This document shows positions 42,401-57,400 of a DNA stretch of 64,000 nucleotides, in pieces. The DNA lies in the NCBI RefSeq assembly GCF_964355755.1, contig NC_092674.1, positions 16,864,001-16,928,000 of the forward strand. The letters run 5' to 3'. Within the stretch, counting starts at the first letter, position 1. Each line of letters opens with the position of its first letter. Both the position numbers and the translations under genes were made by a program. The stretch is from Antedon mediterranea (taxonomy: Eukaryota > Animalia > Echinodermata). Under the pieces are notes generated by a model. That model ran no database searches, was not told the DNA's origin, and saw only the letters and a list, made by a program, of their open reading frames with translations.

Positions 42401-45400
42401 ATACATTTTAATGGCCATTGGCCAGCGGGCGTGTACTAAACAAATGTGTGTTAATATATCTTTATGAGTGAAATGGAGAGATTATTTCATTTTTTTGATT
42501 CTACATATAGAATAGAAAGAGAACAGTCAATCTTTCAACTTCCAAAATATTTTAACTTTTCCGAAATATTTCAACTTTTCCAATCATAAACATTCATTAT
42601 ACTATATTTCTGCTTTCTCAACTTGACATAAAATATTGAAAGTTTTATTAAAATCTTGTTTTATTTTGACATTCCTATAAATTAAAAATCAATGACTTAC
42701 TTTTCTGAGTTATCCTTAAGGTATGTGTGTAACTTGGTGAGTTTTTGGCTGGCCATAAATTGTAAGAGCGTTGTAAACTTACTCTGCCACTCATTGCAGT
42801 GATGTAAAAGTGCAAATTTGAGGGGAGAGCAATCCAGCAAAACAAATTGTATGTTCAAAACTGTCTCCTCCTTTTGTACATTATTGGCTACCTCAGTATA
42901 TCTTTAAATATTGCAAATAAAAACAGTTAATCAGTAATTATAAAGTTGCAAGAGATCAGATAATATGAATTATTGGCAATGCACAATTCTGCATTCGAAT
43001 AGGCGTGATTGGTTATAAAACCAAGCACTATATTATCTATGTAGAAACTATATTTGTACCTAACAAAATTAGCCACCAATTTTTGTTTATAGAATATGAT
43101 TAGACATTGGTCCCTAAACAAGGAACAGGTCATTAAAAACTAGGGACTACTGCCTTCTTTACATAATGAATGTTGCACAACAAAAATTAAAGAAACAAAA
43201 TAAAAATTGTAACTAAATATCTACCAGTAGTAGTAGTTACAACTTACAGTAGTGAATGTTAGTAAATAAAAACAACATTATGTAAAAGAGAATATATGAT
43301 TTTTATTGTACTTAAATAATCTAACCCTAACCTAGCAATATCGGCATCAAATGATGAAACAGGAGGATTCAAATTTTGGTATCTACGTATAAAAGCATCT
43401 TTATTGATCTCCCAGATCTCTCGATAGTTATCCCATGTGCTTAGATACGACTTAAGGTGTTGTGCATTGGCCTGCATACCACTGTCAATACTCTTCTGTA
43501 TTTTTCGTGTCTCTTCATCTTTATCAATAACAGAAAATATTGGCTGTGAAAAAAAGGCAACACATAATATTATATAATTTTTTTGGCGTCCAAAAATAAT
43601 ATTTTCCCACACACAAGGTGTCTCTTATCAAGCTAATCTAACAACAGGACACTGAGCTCGACTTGCCAAGATAGGCTATCATAACAGACTTTGATCTGAC
43701 AAATTCATACAAAGCCGTCAAATTCTAGGCTATATACACCATGCGTTTTTATTGCTATTTAATTGTATTTTAGTATTTTAAAAGATCTGTGTCTGATTTT
43801 TTTACAAATATGAAGTTTAAATAGCCATCTATTTTTTGGTTTTTTTTTTTATCCAAGTAGACAGAACATTTCATAGTTAACAGTTATTTGAAATTTTTCA
43901 TTTTTTCGAGTGAATTGAAATTATGTTCATTATATCATTAAAATGCATAAAGTCAGATGTTTATACAGTACTCACTTTATTGTGATGTTTCCCCAAAAGG
44001 GTGCCTCTCATATACATACTTCAATGTACACATTGATTAATATATATATATATTGAAAGTGGGAAGGGTTTTGGATAATAAAGCAATGCTATCAATAAGT
44101 TGTACGGATGGTACTGTTTTGGTACCCACTGGAAAATCGAAAATCAGTCAAGCATTTAGGGGACATAGACTGATCGTTTCGGAACTAGAAATAAACATTT
44201 GATCTGGCGGAGCTCAGCGTCCTGTTGTTAGATTGCCTTGCACTTATTATGTATTTTATACAGATACTGTATTATAAACACCAGTTTTTAAACTTGGTTG
44301 ATTACATTAATAATGTGTACAGTTATTTTAAAAATTATTTAAAAAAATGTATTTCTTAAGCCTACATGTACTATTGTTAAAGGGGGATTCTGGGTTTAAA
44401 ATTGCTTTTAAATATCATTTATTTATTAAATAAAAAATATTATAACAATATAGACATGTCAGAATGAAGAAGTAATAACGAGAAATTAAAAAATTAAATT
44501 TCATATACATTTTAGGGTAAATTCATGGAAAGTCTGTTTTTCAGCGGCTTAGGGAAGCTCATTAATATTCATGAGATATTCACAAAGTCACGTCATCAGT
44601 GGATTCCAAACTCGCGACGTCATGTACGTTGTGTTTGTCAACTAATTTACATCTCTCTCCCCCTGTCAAACGACGACCACCCGATCATTGTGAAATACAT
44701 TTTTTTGTAGATTTTCTAAGCTAGGCCTAAAGTGTAATAATAACAGTAGTAGCATATATTTATTTGACATTTAATGAAATAAAAAATTTAGTACAGTTAC
44801 GGAGTCATAAATTATATACTTTTTTATACCTCAAATAGTACAGATCGTATTATCGGCTTCACGTACTAGGCTAGGCCTAGCCTAAATCATTTTTTTTTCA
44901 TGGGTGAGAGCCATTCTGACTAGGGATTCCATATGGCTACGTTAAAACATTGGGGCCCATCATGGGCCTAGCTAGCCTACTACTAAACGATTGGCCCATA
45001 AATAACAAAACTCAGTGGATTCCAAACCCATCCTATCAACCAAACTCCTAAACAATCTAAACCTAAAACATTCTACAAAATCGGCTGTAAATATTGAGGC
45101 AAAACAAGGTCCGATCGCCGTCCGCACGTATGGTGTCCCGATCGTTTAAGTAGGCCTAAAATAAGCCTAGTTTACTCTCCAAAAAAGCGGATACTGCATC
45201 AAGCAAGTAGACCAGGTAGTAGGAAGGAGACCTAGCCGATCCGGCCCAGTTAAAAATTGAGCTAGCTAGTGTAGTAGACCCTTGCGAATTGATACTACCA
45301 GGCCTTTTACTATAGGCTACACTTAAAATTAGCAATACTTATGTTTACAAACATTCCAACTCTCTCATTCGAGCTATATTATCTATACCATTCCGGTAGG

Positions 45401-48400
45401 TCGAGTCGACCTTCAATCAAATACTGTACATCGTTCATGTTGTGATTATAGACGGGGTATACTCGACCCGACCAGTTTGGTATTGTATACTGTATCTGCT
45501 TATCACGTGACGATGCCAGGCATGGGCAGAGAGAGCACGTGTATCGTCGTCTCGCTCTCCTCGCTCAGCAGGAATGTATACGTTACGCTTCATTGATTTT
45601 AAAGACTTTCCCTAAGTCAGTGCGAAAATCGGCAAACCTAAAGTGCAAACATATCTAATTTTTCACTGTTTTGATGAATTTTCATAGAAAATTGACTTTA
45701 TAAATGGGAAGACCGACTAAAATTAAATCAGATAAGTATAATTTTACAAAAGTAATTGATATGGTTAATGATAACGAGTCGTCGGAAGATTGACCATTTC
45801 ACGAATTTCCTATTCTGTAACACAGTGTCATATCGCCGTAGCTGCACTTGTAATCTGGCCTCATTTCACAGCCTTCGTTCTGCTTCACTGGGCGCTTATA
45901 TAAATTGAAACTTTTACCGTTCAAGAGATAAACAAATATATTTTACATTTTTTACTATTCATTTTAAACCCGCAACCCCCCTTTAATGTTTGGCCAATGT
46001 AATGAATATATATCAATTTCTTACAAAGTACTATATTGAATTTTAGTATGCTGGATGAATCTAAAGTTTGAAATATTAATGTCTAAACAGCACAAGCTTA
46101 CTTCTTTTGTAGATTTTTTTCTCGTCAAAAGATCTGGAAGTCTTGGTATAATAGAGACAGCCTTGGTCAAATGACTACTGGTGCTCATCACCAACGATGC
46201 TAATTGCATTAGTGTTGGTGAAAACTCAACCTGAAAAAATAATCCACAAAGACGAAAGATTGAATTCTAATTTTTAAAAAAAGAAGCACAAAGAATATCT
46301 AATTACATTCATCTCTTCACACGCACCCTTTGCCGAATGAAGTTCAAACCAACTAAAATGAGAGGGTGGTTGGAGGCAAGTGCAACAGACCAAACAAATG
46401 TTTACTAAAAATCCAGCTGCAATGTAGAGTCCGCCCACTTGCTTGGCACATTGCCAACTTCTGTATGCAATTCAAAACATTAAAAATATGAATTTGTTTT
46501 ATATTTATATAACTTTTATTGAATGAATATAGTATTACAATTATTCTTTTTGAACTTTTAATTTTACACAAACCACATTGTCAACAGCAGTGAAAATCAA
46601 CCAAAGGACCAGGTCATTTTGGGTGTTACAATTCATCTCTAATAAACGTTGTTTATGTTCAGGGCATATATATATATATATATGCTTTATCTTGATAACT
46701 ATTGTTCATAGCAACATGTATTTGGCCTTATATTTTATATTCATTCTAAATCTAATGAACCATTTCAGCAAAAAAAGAGAATAGGAAAATGTTGAAAATA
46801 GGATTTATGGTAATGACAGGTGGTGTCTACAAAATCCATAGTCATGTGTATTAATGTTAAGATACCAATTTCATAGAAAAAATAATTTTATTTTAATGAA
46901 AACATTATTATTATTATTATTATTATTATTATAGTGTTGTAATTAAGATTAAGCGTTATACGCGTATTAAGTAACGATGCATCATTATGTTTATGCGTAT
47001 CAATTAAGAACGTACGCTTATGTTGGTCGCGTGCGTTGTATTCAAACAAGTCTCAATAGTATTCTTATAGTTGTTATGAGTCAGTTAGCGTATCTACGTC
47101 GAGTAGTAAAGTACCGACTAGGCCTGGTCTGTTGCTAACCTGTTGCTAACTAGTCATCTTGGACGCTCTAAATGCAGAAAGAGTGATTTACGATGTACAG
47201 AGCTGTGTGTTGCCAGGGAAAATGTGACCTACAATAAGTGTTAAATGCATGTAACTATAATAGTAGAGAGGCCAAATACACAAAAGTCCTCTACAAAAAG
47301 TTTGGGGGGCATTTTTTGTTAATAGCAGGCAACCATGTTGAATATATTCTTTGTGGGGTGACAAAACCGATAGGGGTGGATGCCATCTTCAATTTTGAGT
47401 TTTAAGGTCAGTTTATGTGGTCAAGAGGTCAAACAAGGTCAATTTATAAGATTTTTATTTTATTCACGGAAAATCATCTACATCATCAGATCTATCCAAA
47501 AAAAGGATTTTTGAAGATCAACTGATGTTTCATATTATAGTAATTATGAGATAAACATTTTATTTTACACATAAAAACATAGGAAATTAAATATAAAAGT
47601 GTCTTTTTCTCAAAATGTTGTTTTCACATACTTCTGTAAAGTACACAGTTTTATAATAGGCTTTCGATCCCCAGTCTGTTGTTAATTTGTCTTTTTTATG
47701 TTGTCCACCAGTCATCGTTTTGATTTTTGTCGGAAAAATAGGTCAAGTATAATATGTATGAAACGCCATATGTGCCAAAAGATTGCTCTTTTACTATAAT
47801 ATTATTAATATTATCTATAATAATATAATAATATTTGAAAGTTTGTTTTTAGAAAAATCTCGAACACAGAGACCCTCAATATATGACTTAATATCCTCTA
47901 TACCCTCTATAATGTAATTACTGTATTTAAACATTTTTGTTCATTCTTTCAATGATACAAGTTTTTGTTGAAGTTTGTGTTTCAAGAAATCTTGAAAGAG
48001 AAACCTGTGTATCGAGTCTCAAAAACCCTTCAGTAGGCCTATATTGGACTTAATCAAGGTTGGAAGGAGTGGTATAAATGGGTTCTCCTTCTTAAAGCCT
48101 TCGCATCTATGCTATCTTGGCTGACGGTGATAACAGATATGAAACTCCTTAAGTAATTAAGAGGTCCTTTATACACATGGATAAAGACGGTTTCAACGTT
48201 ATTTACAAACACTACGTAGGCCTACTGTGTCTAGGTATGGAATCCATATCTCCAAAAAGACATAAGCGCACTTGAAAGAGGAAACGTCATGCGACAAAAC
48301 TAATTCCAGCTATCCATTCTTATTCATATGAAGATTGTTTAAAGTTTCTTGGCCTAACAACCCTGTATGACAGACGTATTCGTGGTGACTTGATTGAAAC

Positions 48401-51400
48401 ATTCAACATTTTCAAAAGGTTTCGAGGGTGTAGCCTAGGAAGACTTCCTTCAAATGAGATGCAGAAATACACGAGGACATCAGCTTAGACTTTTCAAACC
48501 TACATTTCACAAAGGACTGATAGGAGATCCAACTTTTCACAATGAGTAATTATATATTTGAATAGTTTGCCAACCGAAGTCGTCATTTCTGAAACCACCA
48601 ACACATTTAAAAACCGATTGTATTCGTTTTAGAAATGAGGTTAAAAGGGTAAACAAGTTTACCTATCTAAACTAATCAGAACCAAATATTCTAAACACTG
48701 AGTGGATGATCGATTCAAAATAGAATCATTGGTATATCAAGAAACGCTGCAATTCATTGATAGGTTCTGTATGACATGGTCAGACTGATCACGAATCAAA
48801 CTGACAGAAAATCTGCTGACCAACCATTGGAGTATGATCATAGCTCAATTGTAATATCTTTAACCAAATCTGACTTCAGATATCTTGATGGATGGCATTG
48901 AAATACCCACAGATGTTCCAGAAGAAAACCAAAACATGTTGGTCATGCACTAAAGGATTCAGAAACATAGCTGTCAAACATCTGGTGACTATGCAAGTAT
49001 TTATAAGTTACCTAGATATTTTATCATTTTATTGTATTTGATCATAACATTGGAAAAAGCAGTGAAACGATTGAAACGTATAGTCCCAATGTACTAATCT
49101 GTACTTCCATGTGTTCGGAGCCACATTCATCGGTTTGGAGGAGAACAAATATGACAAACATTCTTCTATGTCAATCACAAAGAAGCTTATGCAATTATAC
49201 ATGAAAGTTGATGTATGATATACACTTTGTAACTCCAATAGCAACCGTACTAAAGTATGGACGAAACCTATTAAGAACAATCTAACCAGCTTCCATTCCA
49301 TTACAGGTTGCAGCACGTCATTATTTGCTGGTTATGGAAAGAAATCCTACTGGAAATTGTTTGTAACGCATCCACTCCTTGTAAATGGAATTGATTAACA
49401 TTAAGAATTTGCACGTACAGTGTACAGTAAAGTTTAATTGCCAAATATCTCTTGAGCAACTGTATACTAACAGACTCTTTGGAGGGTCTTGAAATGCTAC
49501 CTCCATTTAGACTCAGTGACCATATACCATAAACACTAGTGATATATTTCCCTTAAATATTAAGTATTTCACTTTACAAAATAAATATTTAAGGACTGTA
49601 TTTCCCTTAAATTGTTTTGACTTAGGGAAACACTTAACATTTTAAAAGCTCACCTATGGTGAATACAGACATCTTAGAACCTAACATACGGGTCAACTAT
49701 CAGGTATGTGGCCTAAATTAATCGGGTCGTTTGGAAGCCCCTAACCCAGTTGTCAGTTTGGAACTTTGTTACATGTGTATGTAAACTAAAGAGCCAGATT
49801 AAGTAGTGTGATTCAATCCGATATTGACATGGGCCTATTACTCCCAACCCACAAATCCTCTGTGACCGTTTTTAAATGAAATTTATGACATTCTAGTATG
49901 CCTCCAATTTCGGTTATTTTGATACTGTAGGACTCATCCTCTCCATCCCTTGAACACCTTCCAGGAGTGATTCAAAAAGTTTAAAATCTTCCCAGTACAA
50001 TTCTGGTCTTTTTGACACCACACTATAAACATCAGCCCCAGGCTATCATGAAAATTATATTCATTTCAATTATTAATACCGATAATTAACAGGTCTGTGC
50101 TTTATTTGACCTTATGACCTTGAAAATGACCTTTAAACTGGTAAGTTGAAAAATTGATGAACTTGACCATATACCGCAATATGTCAATAATGATCCAATA
50201 ATGGTTACATTTCTTTTAATTGGCTTATATGTTGTTGAAAACAGCTTAAACCTCTATTTTACCATATTTGACCTTATAACCTTGAAAATGACCTTTGACC
50301 TGAAATTTGAGAGTGGCATCCACCCCTATATTTTTTGTCATCCCATAAGAGATATATTCCACATGGTTGCCTGCTATTAACAGAAAATGCCCCCCATGAT
50401 GAAAAAGCTCACATTGGCCGCCCTACTATAAACATAAACAAATAGTGTAAAGCCAGTATGGTTTGAGCTACATTCAAAATGGCCGCCATGCAATCAAAGA
50501 CGTTATACCAATATGTTTGTTGACCTCAATACCATATTATACTTTGTACCTAAAATTATAACGGTAGGTACCGTACTGAAACATTTTGAGTTCGCCATTT
50601 TGAAATTCAAAATGGCCGCCATGCAATTAAAATGTTAGTTAAATACCAATATGTTTGGTGACCCATTACCATATAATTTGCACCTAAAATCAGAACTCTG
50701 TGTACCTTTTTAGCAGAGATATACCTGAAAAGTAAAAATTTGAAGGCCGCCATTTTGAAATCCAACATGGCCACCATGTAATCAAAATGTTAGTTATACC
50801 AATATGTTTTGTGACCCCATTAACATATAATTTGCACCTAAAATCAGAACTCTAGGTGCCTCTTTAGCAGAGATATACCTGAAAAGTGAACTGTGCAAAG
50901 TTTCAGAATGTTACCACAATTTGAAGGATTGGTTCATTTAACAGGCCTACTATTCAGGAAAAATGTTAATCACATTCCACTTTCCGCGTTATTGACGGAA
51001 ATCATGTTTGAAAATCCAGAGTCTCATAAATAATTAGGGGTTTGGATATATACGAATCTAAGTTGGGATACACATATGTGCAAAGTGTCTTCTAAAGGTG
51101 TTTAACGACTGTATTCAGTTAGTTGAAACAATATAATAGAGGCCGTAATTCTTTATCTCTTTGTTATCAATGTGTTATTCAATCTGTATTAAAGACCCCT
51201 TCCCTGCAATTTTGGACGTTTTTTGGAAAATAATACATATATATCACTTTAAAAACATTAAACCATGTCATTCCTTGTCTTAAATGTACGTTTTATGGTA
51301 AATTATGATAAAAAGTGAGAAACAATGCACTACCTAAGTAGCTCGCGGCGATCGACCTCTCGTGGACGGTCTTAGGCCTAGCCTGGCTAGGCTTAGTTTT

Positions 51401-54400
51401 GTAGGCCTAGCTGGTAAACATCGGTAACGTACGAACATCGTACGCTAGCTATATACCTAGCCTGACGTTGTATAGTTGCTGCATTAATTGTCTTTCTATT
51501 TTTGCCAGACTCCGTTGATACAAATTGGGGAAAACCCGGTATTTTCGCTGAAAAGTTAGGAGTCTTCCATTTGTTTTGGCCTCACGATCGATCGAAAAGT
51601 GGGCGAATTACAGGTGAAAAACAAAAATATCAATCCGCGCGCAATGCATTTTGGGATTTATAGCGGGCCGCTATAATTATTAAAATCGACTTATTTTTCA
51701 CATTTTTAACCGTTTAAAGACGAAAAAAGTTATCGCAATAGGACCATATAGTATTATTTTTACATTAAATATAGTTTGTGATCTTAAATTAGATCTAAAA
51801 AACGTAGGGAATGGGGCTTTAAGCTTTGTTGTGTTACTTGGGTAAATGGTCTAACAAAGACAAATTTGAGAACATAGTTAGGAATGCAAGCAAAATTACT
51901 GGTGTCGAGATTAAAGATATTACACAAATGTGTAATGATGAAATGATATCTAAATTAAATAGTATTTTAGCTGATGAATCTCAAATTCTCAACAATAAGT
52001 TAGTAGTTACCAGATCTGGAAGATTAACAACAATTCCAGTTAAAACAATTAGACATAAATTTCATTCTTACCTAGCGCTATTAGACTACACAACAATGAG
52101 CTCCAAAGATAGGTCTTTTGTATTTTATATTGCTTGATCAGTTGTTAAGTTCCATGTTGATCATGAATGTAAATATTATGTGTGTATTGTTTTGTTTGTG
52201 TTTTTCTACCAAGAAAACAATTATCATTGTACTATATGTATGAATGACTTAATAAATCGAATATGAATCTGAAACTATTATTTATACCATTAGACATTCA
52301 AAAACAAGCCGCACGCTTTCATGACCAGTGGGCAAACTCTGTCAACGTCTAAATATAGTGTGATGTCGTTGGTGGTATATACATGTATGACGTTGTTGAC
52401 TAGACTAGCAGGATGAAAAAGACAGTGCTAATATTATTAGCTGAAAATATAATTCTGAAAACAATATTCTTTTCCAGCTTTTCTTTTCATTAAAAATCAT
52501 TAAATAAAATAATTACTCTCGCGATTGACGTTACACAAATATCTTTCGGAAAATGGTCTTAATAATAGCTGCGTTGTTCATGACAAATCGCCACTGAGCT
52601 AGCGCGAAACTATAGCCTACTGCTGACGTTGTTGTTGAAAAAATGTTAATGTTCTGCCAATTGTCAGCAGAAACGAACAGATACTATACAGGCAAGAACA
52701 AACATATTAATTTCTTAGGGTGTGTGTGTACGTCAAATGGAATTTCTACAACGATCGTTCGGCTCACTCGGAATTGTTTTTCCAATGATTGATCATGCAG
52801 CTCACGAACACACGTGGTTGTTCCTTATAAGAAAAGGGTGCATGTACACTACACCAAATGGAATTGTTTTTCTACAAAGATCATTCGCATTAAATACATG
52901 TAAGCCTACACTATTGTATACCATGATGATAGGTTTATTTAATAAATAAACATACAATAGCCTACATTTAAGTATAAACCCTTTTTAGGACCATGCAGAA
53001 CCGTGGGAAAATGTGAAAGATCATGGGAAAATTGTGATTTTTTATTGTGATATTTAGATCAGACATATTTTGCAATCATTATAGTTTCAAATTTTTTTAA
53101 ATAAAAGTAAAACTGTATTTTAATTTGTTTTAAACAAAACAAAATTATTACTGCACTTTACTATACTAAGAATAACATTGTATACAGTATGTAGGTATAG
53201 CCAGAGATTTGCAGCACGACGGTGACGGCCACACAACTGGGAATTCCCCTGTCCACTGAACAAACGTTACTACAGCGTACTCTACTGTACTACATTATAC
53301 CGCATGTTGTTGCTGAAAAAAAAATCATTCAGATTCCAAAAACGGGAATTTCCCTGAATTGAAAAAAGCGGAAGCAACACACGCAACGTATAATGTATTA
53401 CAAAATGTTCAAACCGTTTACTATGTTTAGATAGAAATTTCTATGACGTACGTTACACAGTGAATTGGGTTTTGATTAAATTTCCTTGTTTTTATCATGT
53501 CAATTGTCATCATGAATGAAATTCTGTCAACTGCCATTGATGTTCCACATGTTTTTTTCACTTCGTGTCGACGGTGTGCTCAGAGTGATGTGGGTCATGG
53601 GTCCCAGTTGGATTTAAATTCAATGCATTAATGAATGTATTTTTATTAGCGGTGTTGGCTAATTGTCTTTCGTAGGGCCACATTTGGAATTACTTTTTAC
53701 ACAATATCATATTATTTTGTTATAACTTAAGAAATATAGACTTATTAATAGCTAGGCCTAGGCTCTGGGCCTACTAATACTACATAGGGCGTAACTGTAA
53801 GGGTAGAATTTGTGGGATCATGACCAAAAAACAAAACACCATGGGTTTGCGATCAAACAAGGCCATACACATGGCTGCAGTCGCGTGCTCAAATTTGAGT
53901 TTGTGTTTACCGACCAACAGACCAACCAACCGACCGACATAGTGAGCTGTAGAGTTGCGTTGCACACGACTAAAAACAATTGGCCACTCATAGACTTAAG
54001 AATGGTTACTTGCGGGAACGAAGCAATAGTTAATAGCTGTACTGTATAAACCATTTTTAGGAACATGCAGAACCGTGGGAAAATGTGAAAGATCATGGGA
54101 AAATTGTGATTTTTTATTGTGATATTTAGATCAGACATATTTTGCCATCATTATAGTTTCACATTTTTTTAAATAAAAGTAAAACTGTATTTTAATTTTT
54201 ATTAAACAAAAAAAAATTATTACTGCACTTTACTATACTAAGAATAACATTGTATACAGTATGTACGTATAGCCAGAGATTTGCAGCACGACGGTGACGG
54301 CCACACAACTGGGAATTCCCCTGTCCACTGAACAAACGTTACTACAGCGTACTCTACTGTACTACATTATACCGCATGTTGTTGCTGAAAAAAAAAATCA

Positions 54401-57400
54401 TTCAGGCTCCAAAAACGGGAATTTTCCTGAATTGAAAATAGCGGAAGCAACACACGCAACGTATAACTATAATGTATTACAAAATGTTCAAACCGTTTAC
54501 CGCATGTACTGGTTTTTGTTTTTTATTATTCAGTAAACGAAGCAAACGAATCTGCAATTGCCTCATGAATATGAATGAGGCAAAACGTTGGTAGCGTTAG
54601 CACTGAACGCTTCAATGAACATGGTTACACCCACCTCATTAACGAATTGAAATACACAGAATAGCGAGTAATATAATTTTGACACGGCCCCTTACTATGT
54701 TTAGATAGAAATTTCTATGACGTACGTTACACAGTGAATTGGGTTTTGATTAAATTTCCTTGTTTTTATCATGTCAATTGTCATCATGAATGAAATTCTG
54801 TCAACTGCCATCGATGTTCCACATGTTTTTTTCACTTCGTGTCGACGGTGTGCTCAGAGTGATGTGGGTCATGGGTTCCAGTTGGATTTAAATTCAATGC
54901 ATTAATGAATGTATTTTTATTAGCGGTGTTGGCTAATTGTCTTTCGTAGAGCCACATTTGGAATTACTTTTTACACAATATCATATTATTTTGTTAACTT
55001 AACAAGGAATATAGCCTTATTAATCGCTAGGCCTAGGCTCTGGGCCTACTAATACTACATAGGGCGTAACTGTAAGGGTAGAATTTGTGGGATCACGACC
55101 AAAAAACAAAACACCATGGGTTTGCGATCAAACAAGGCCATACACATGGCTGCAGTCGCGTGCTCAAATTTGAGTTTGTGTTTACCGACCAACAGACCAA
55201 CCAACCGACCGACATAGTGAGCTGTAGAGTTGCGTTGCACACGACTAAAAACAATTGGCCACTCATAGACTTAAGAATGGTTACTTGCGGGAACGAAGCA
55301 ATAGTTAATAGCTGTACTGTATATAATAATAATATATAATGTTTAAAAGAGTTATATAGAATGATATTATAATATAATGTGACTCAAGAATCCTCCAATC
55401 ACTCAAAATGACAAAGAGTGCATTCAGGTGTGTTGTAAAATTTAACTAGAGGCCTAGCTGTTTTTAACCTTAATAAAGAAAATTTGAAGTTAGTTAATTT
55501 AAATAAGATTTACCTTCACTCCATCAAGGGTAACCTTTACTCTGAAGAGAGGGTTTGGCATACTTTTTCCATCACCATTAATGGCTCTCGACAGTTCTTG
55601 TAAAGACCATTTGACATTTAATCTGAAAGCCTCTTCTACCATACGATCCATTTTTTCTGTGTACCTGTGCCAGTGGTTTTGTACCTGTAAAATATTTGAT
55701 CTGTATTTTTATCTATAGTCCAGTCATAGAAACAAACGAAATGAATGAAAGAAACATGCTTTAAGATAAAGTACAAACTAAATGTAAATGTCTTGTAGTA
55801 GCATAACTAATATACCTGAATGTAATGTATGTTTGTTTGTATTTGAACTTTTACTAAATGTTATTTAATATTTATATACATATGCTGTATTTGAAGATTG
55901 AAAATGAAATTTTAAGTTTTAGTATTTTGTTTTAAAAGTCTTAAAATTACGTGACATGTTTCTCATCATCAGAAAATTGAGCAAGTAATATATAAGAAAA
56001 TGTATCCCAATGGTTCACAACCAGCTAGAATGTATGGCTTACCAAAGATGGACAAACCCTGTTCTCCCAATTCCACACCTAAATTTTTTTTAAATAATTC
56101 CACACCTAAATTTTGACCAATAGGCACTGTTAATTATATTCTGACAAATTGTTTGTGCTAATTACTTCTTCTGGTATTACCTAAACAATGTGTGGCGACT
56201 GATTTGTTCACATTTGTGAAGGAAGTCCAAAATGTTGACACTTCACACAAATGTATGGTGTCTTTTGACGTTGATAGTTTGATGGTAATTATAATATGAG
56301 GTTAAACAAAAGCAATTTATGCAAATTAATTTTACTTGCTACGGAAAAAAACAATTTCATATTCAATGGTAATATTTATGACCAAGTAGACAGAGCGTGT
56401 CAATGGGATTCCCCCTTGAACCACAGAACGCCACCCAATCGTCTACCCACAAAGACAGGGGTTAATATGGACCAGTACAGTATACCACATACTATGTTCT
56501 ATGATCATCTGGACTATCATGAACAATCGCATGCAAAAAACTAAAACTTAATTAGTTTACATAAATTCACAGATAAAATTAATACCTCTACTCCATCATT
56601 TCTGAAAACTTCATATGTATGTTTCATAATGTTTAAAATGCTCTCATGCATAGTTTGCAGTCTTTTCTGGATGTTGAGACGATGTCGCCTTTGTTCATCA
56701 TCAAACTCCATCCCTTCATAAATGCGCTTATTATCGATGCGAACTAGCAACATCTCACTAATCATTTGACAATTGCGTGAAATGGTTAAATTAGCCATCT
56801 TGTAATCATCCACAATTGCCTGAACCTAAATAAAACATACAATAACAATTTTATAACAAAATGTGACATGATCTGATTAAACCTTACTTTTGTTGGAAAT
56901 TCTTTTGTATTTTTTTTATATATTAAGATTACTTAGCTTTGCTAACTGGTTTCGGAAGTTATTACGATATTGACAGAATCAAGCAGGCCTAGCTTTGGTG
57001 TTAGTTGGGCCTAAATCGCATATATGGCTTGTGTTTTTAGTGAATCATATCATCCGTCAGCTAGAAAACTAGCCAAGGAAAGTTAAGGGCATTGTAGCTA
57101 ATTAAACTACAGTATTATTATTGATATAAAGTTTTCGGTACACCACATATGTATATTACTGAAAAGAACTGCCAAGTTTCTAGACATTTCAATCAATATA
57201 CTTTGATCGTCCTCAGGAGTTAGAATGCAGAAAGTTCAGGAAACTAGGAATATAAGACTGGTGTGAAAGCTCAAATAATAGCAATGTTCACAGTGATTGA
57301 TATAGCATTGTTTCTCATAAACAATGGTGAATGGAAACTAGCTATAGAAAGAGCATTGTTTCGAAGCTGGGCCGGGTGTAGACTGTTTGGAAGCTGGGTG

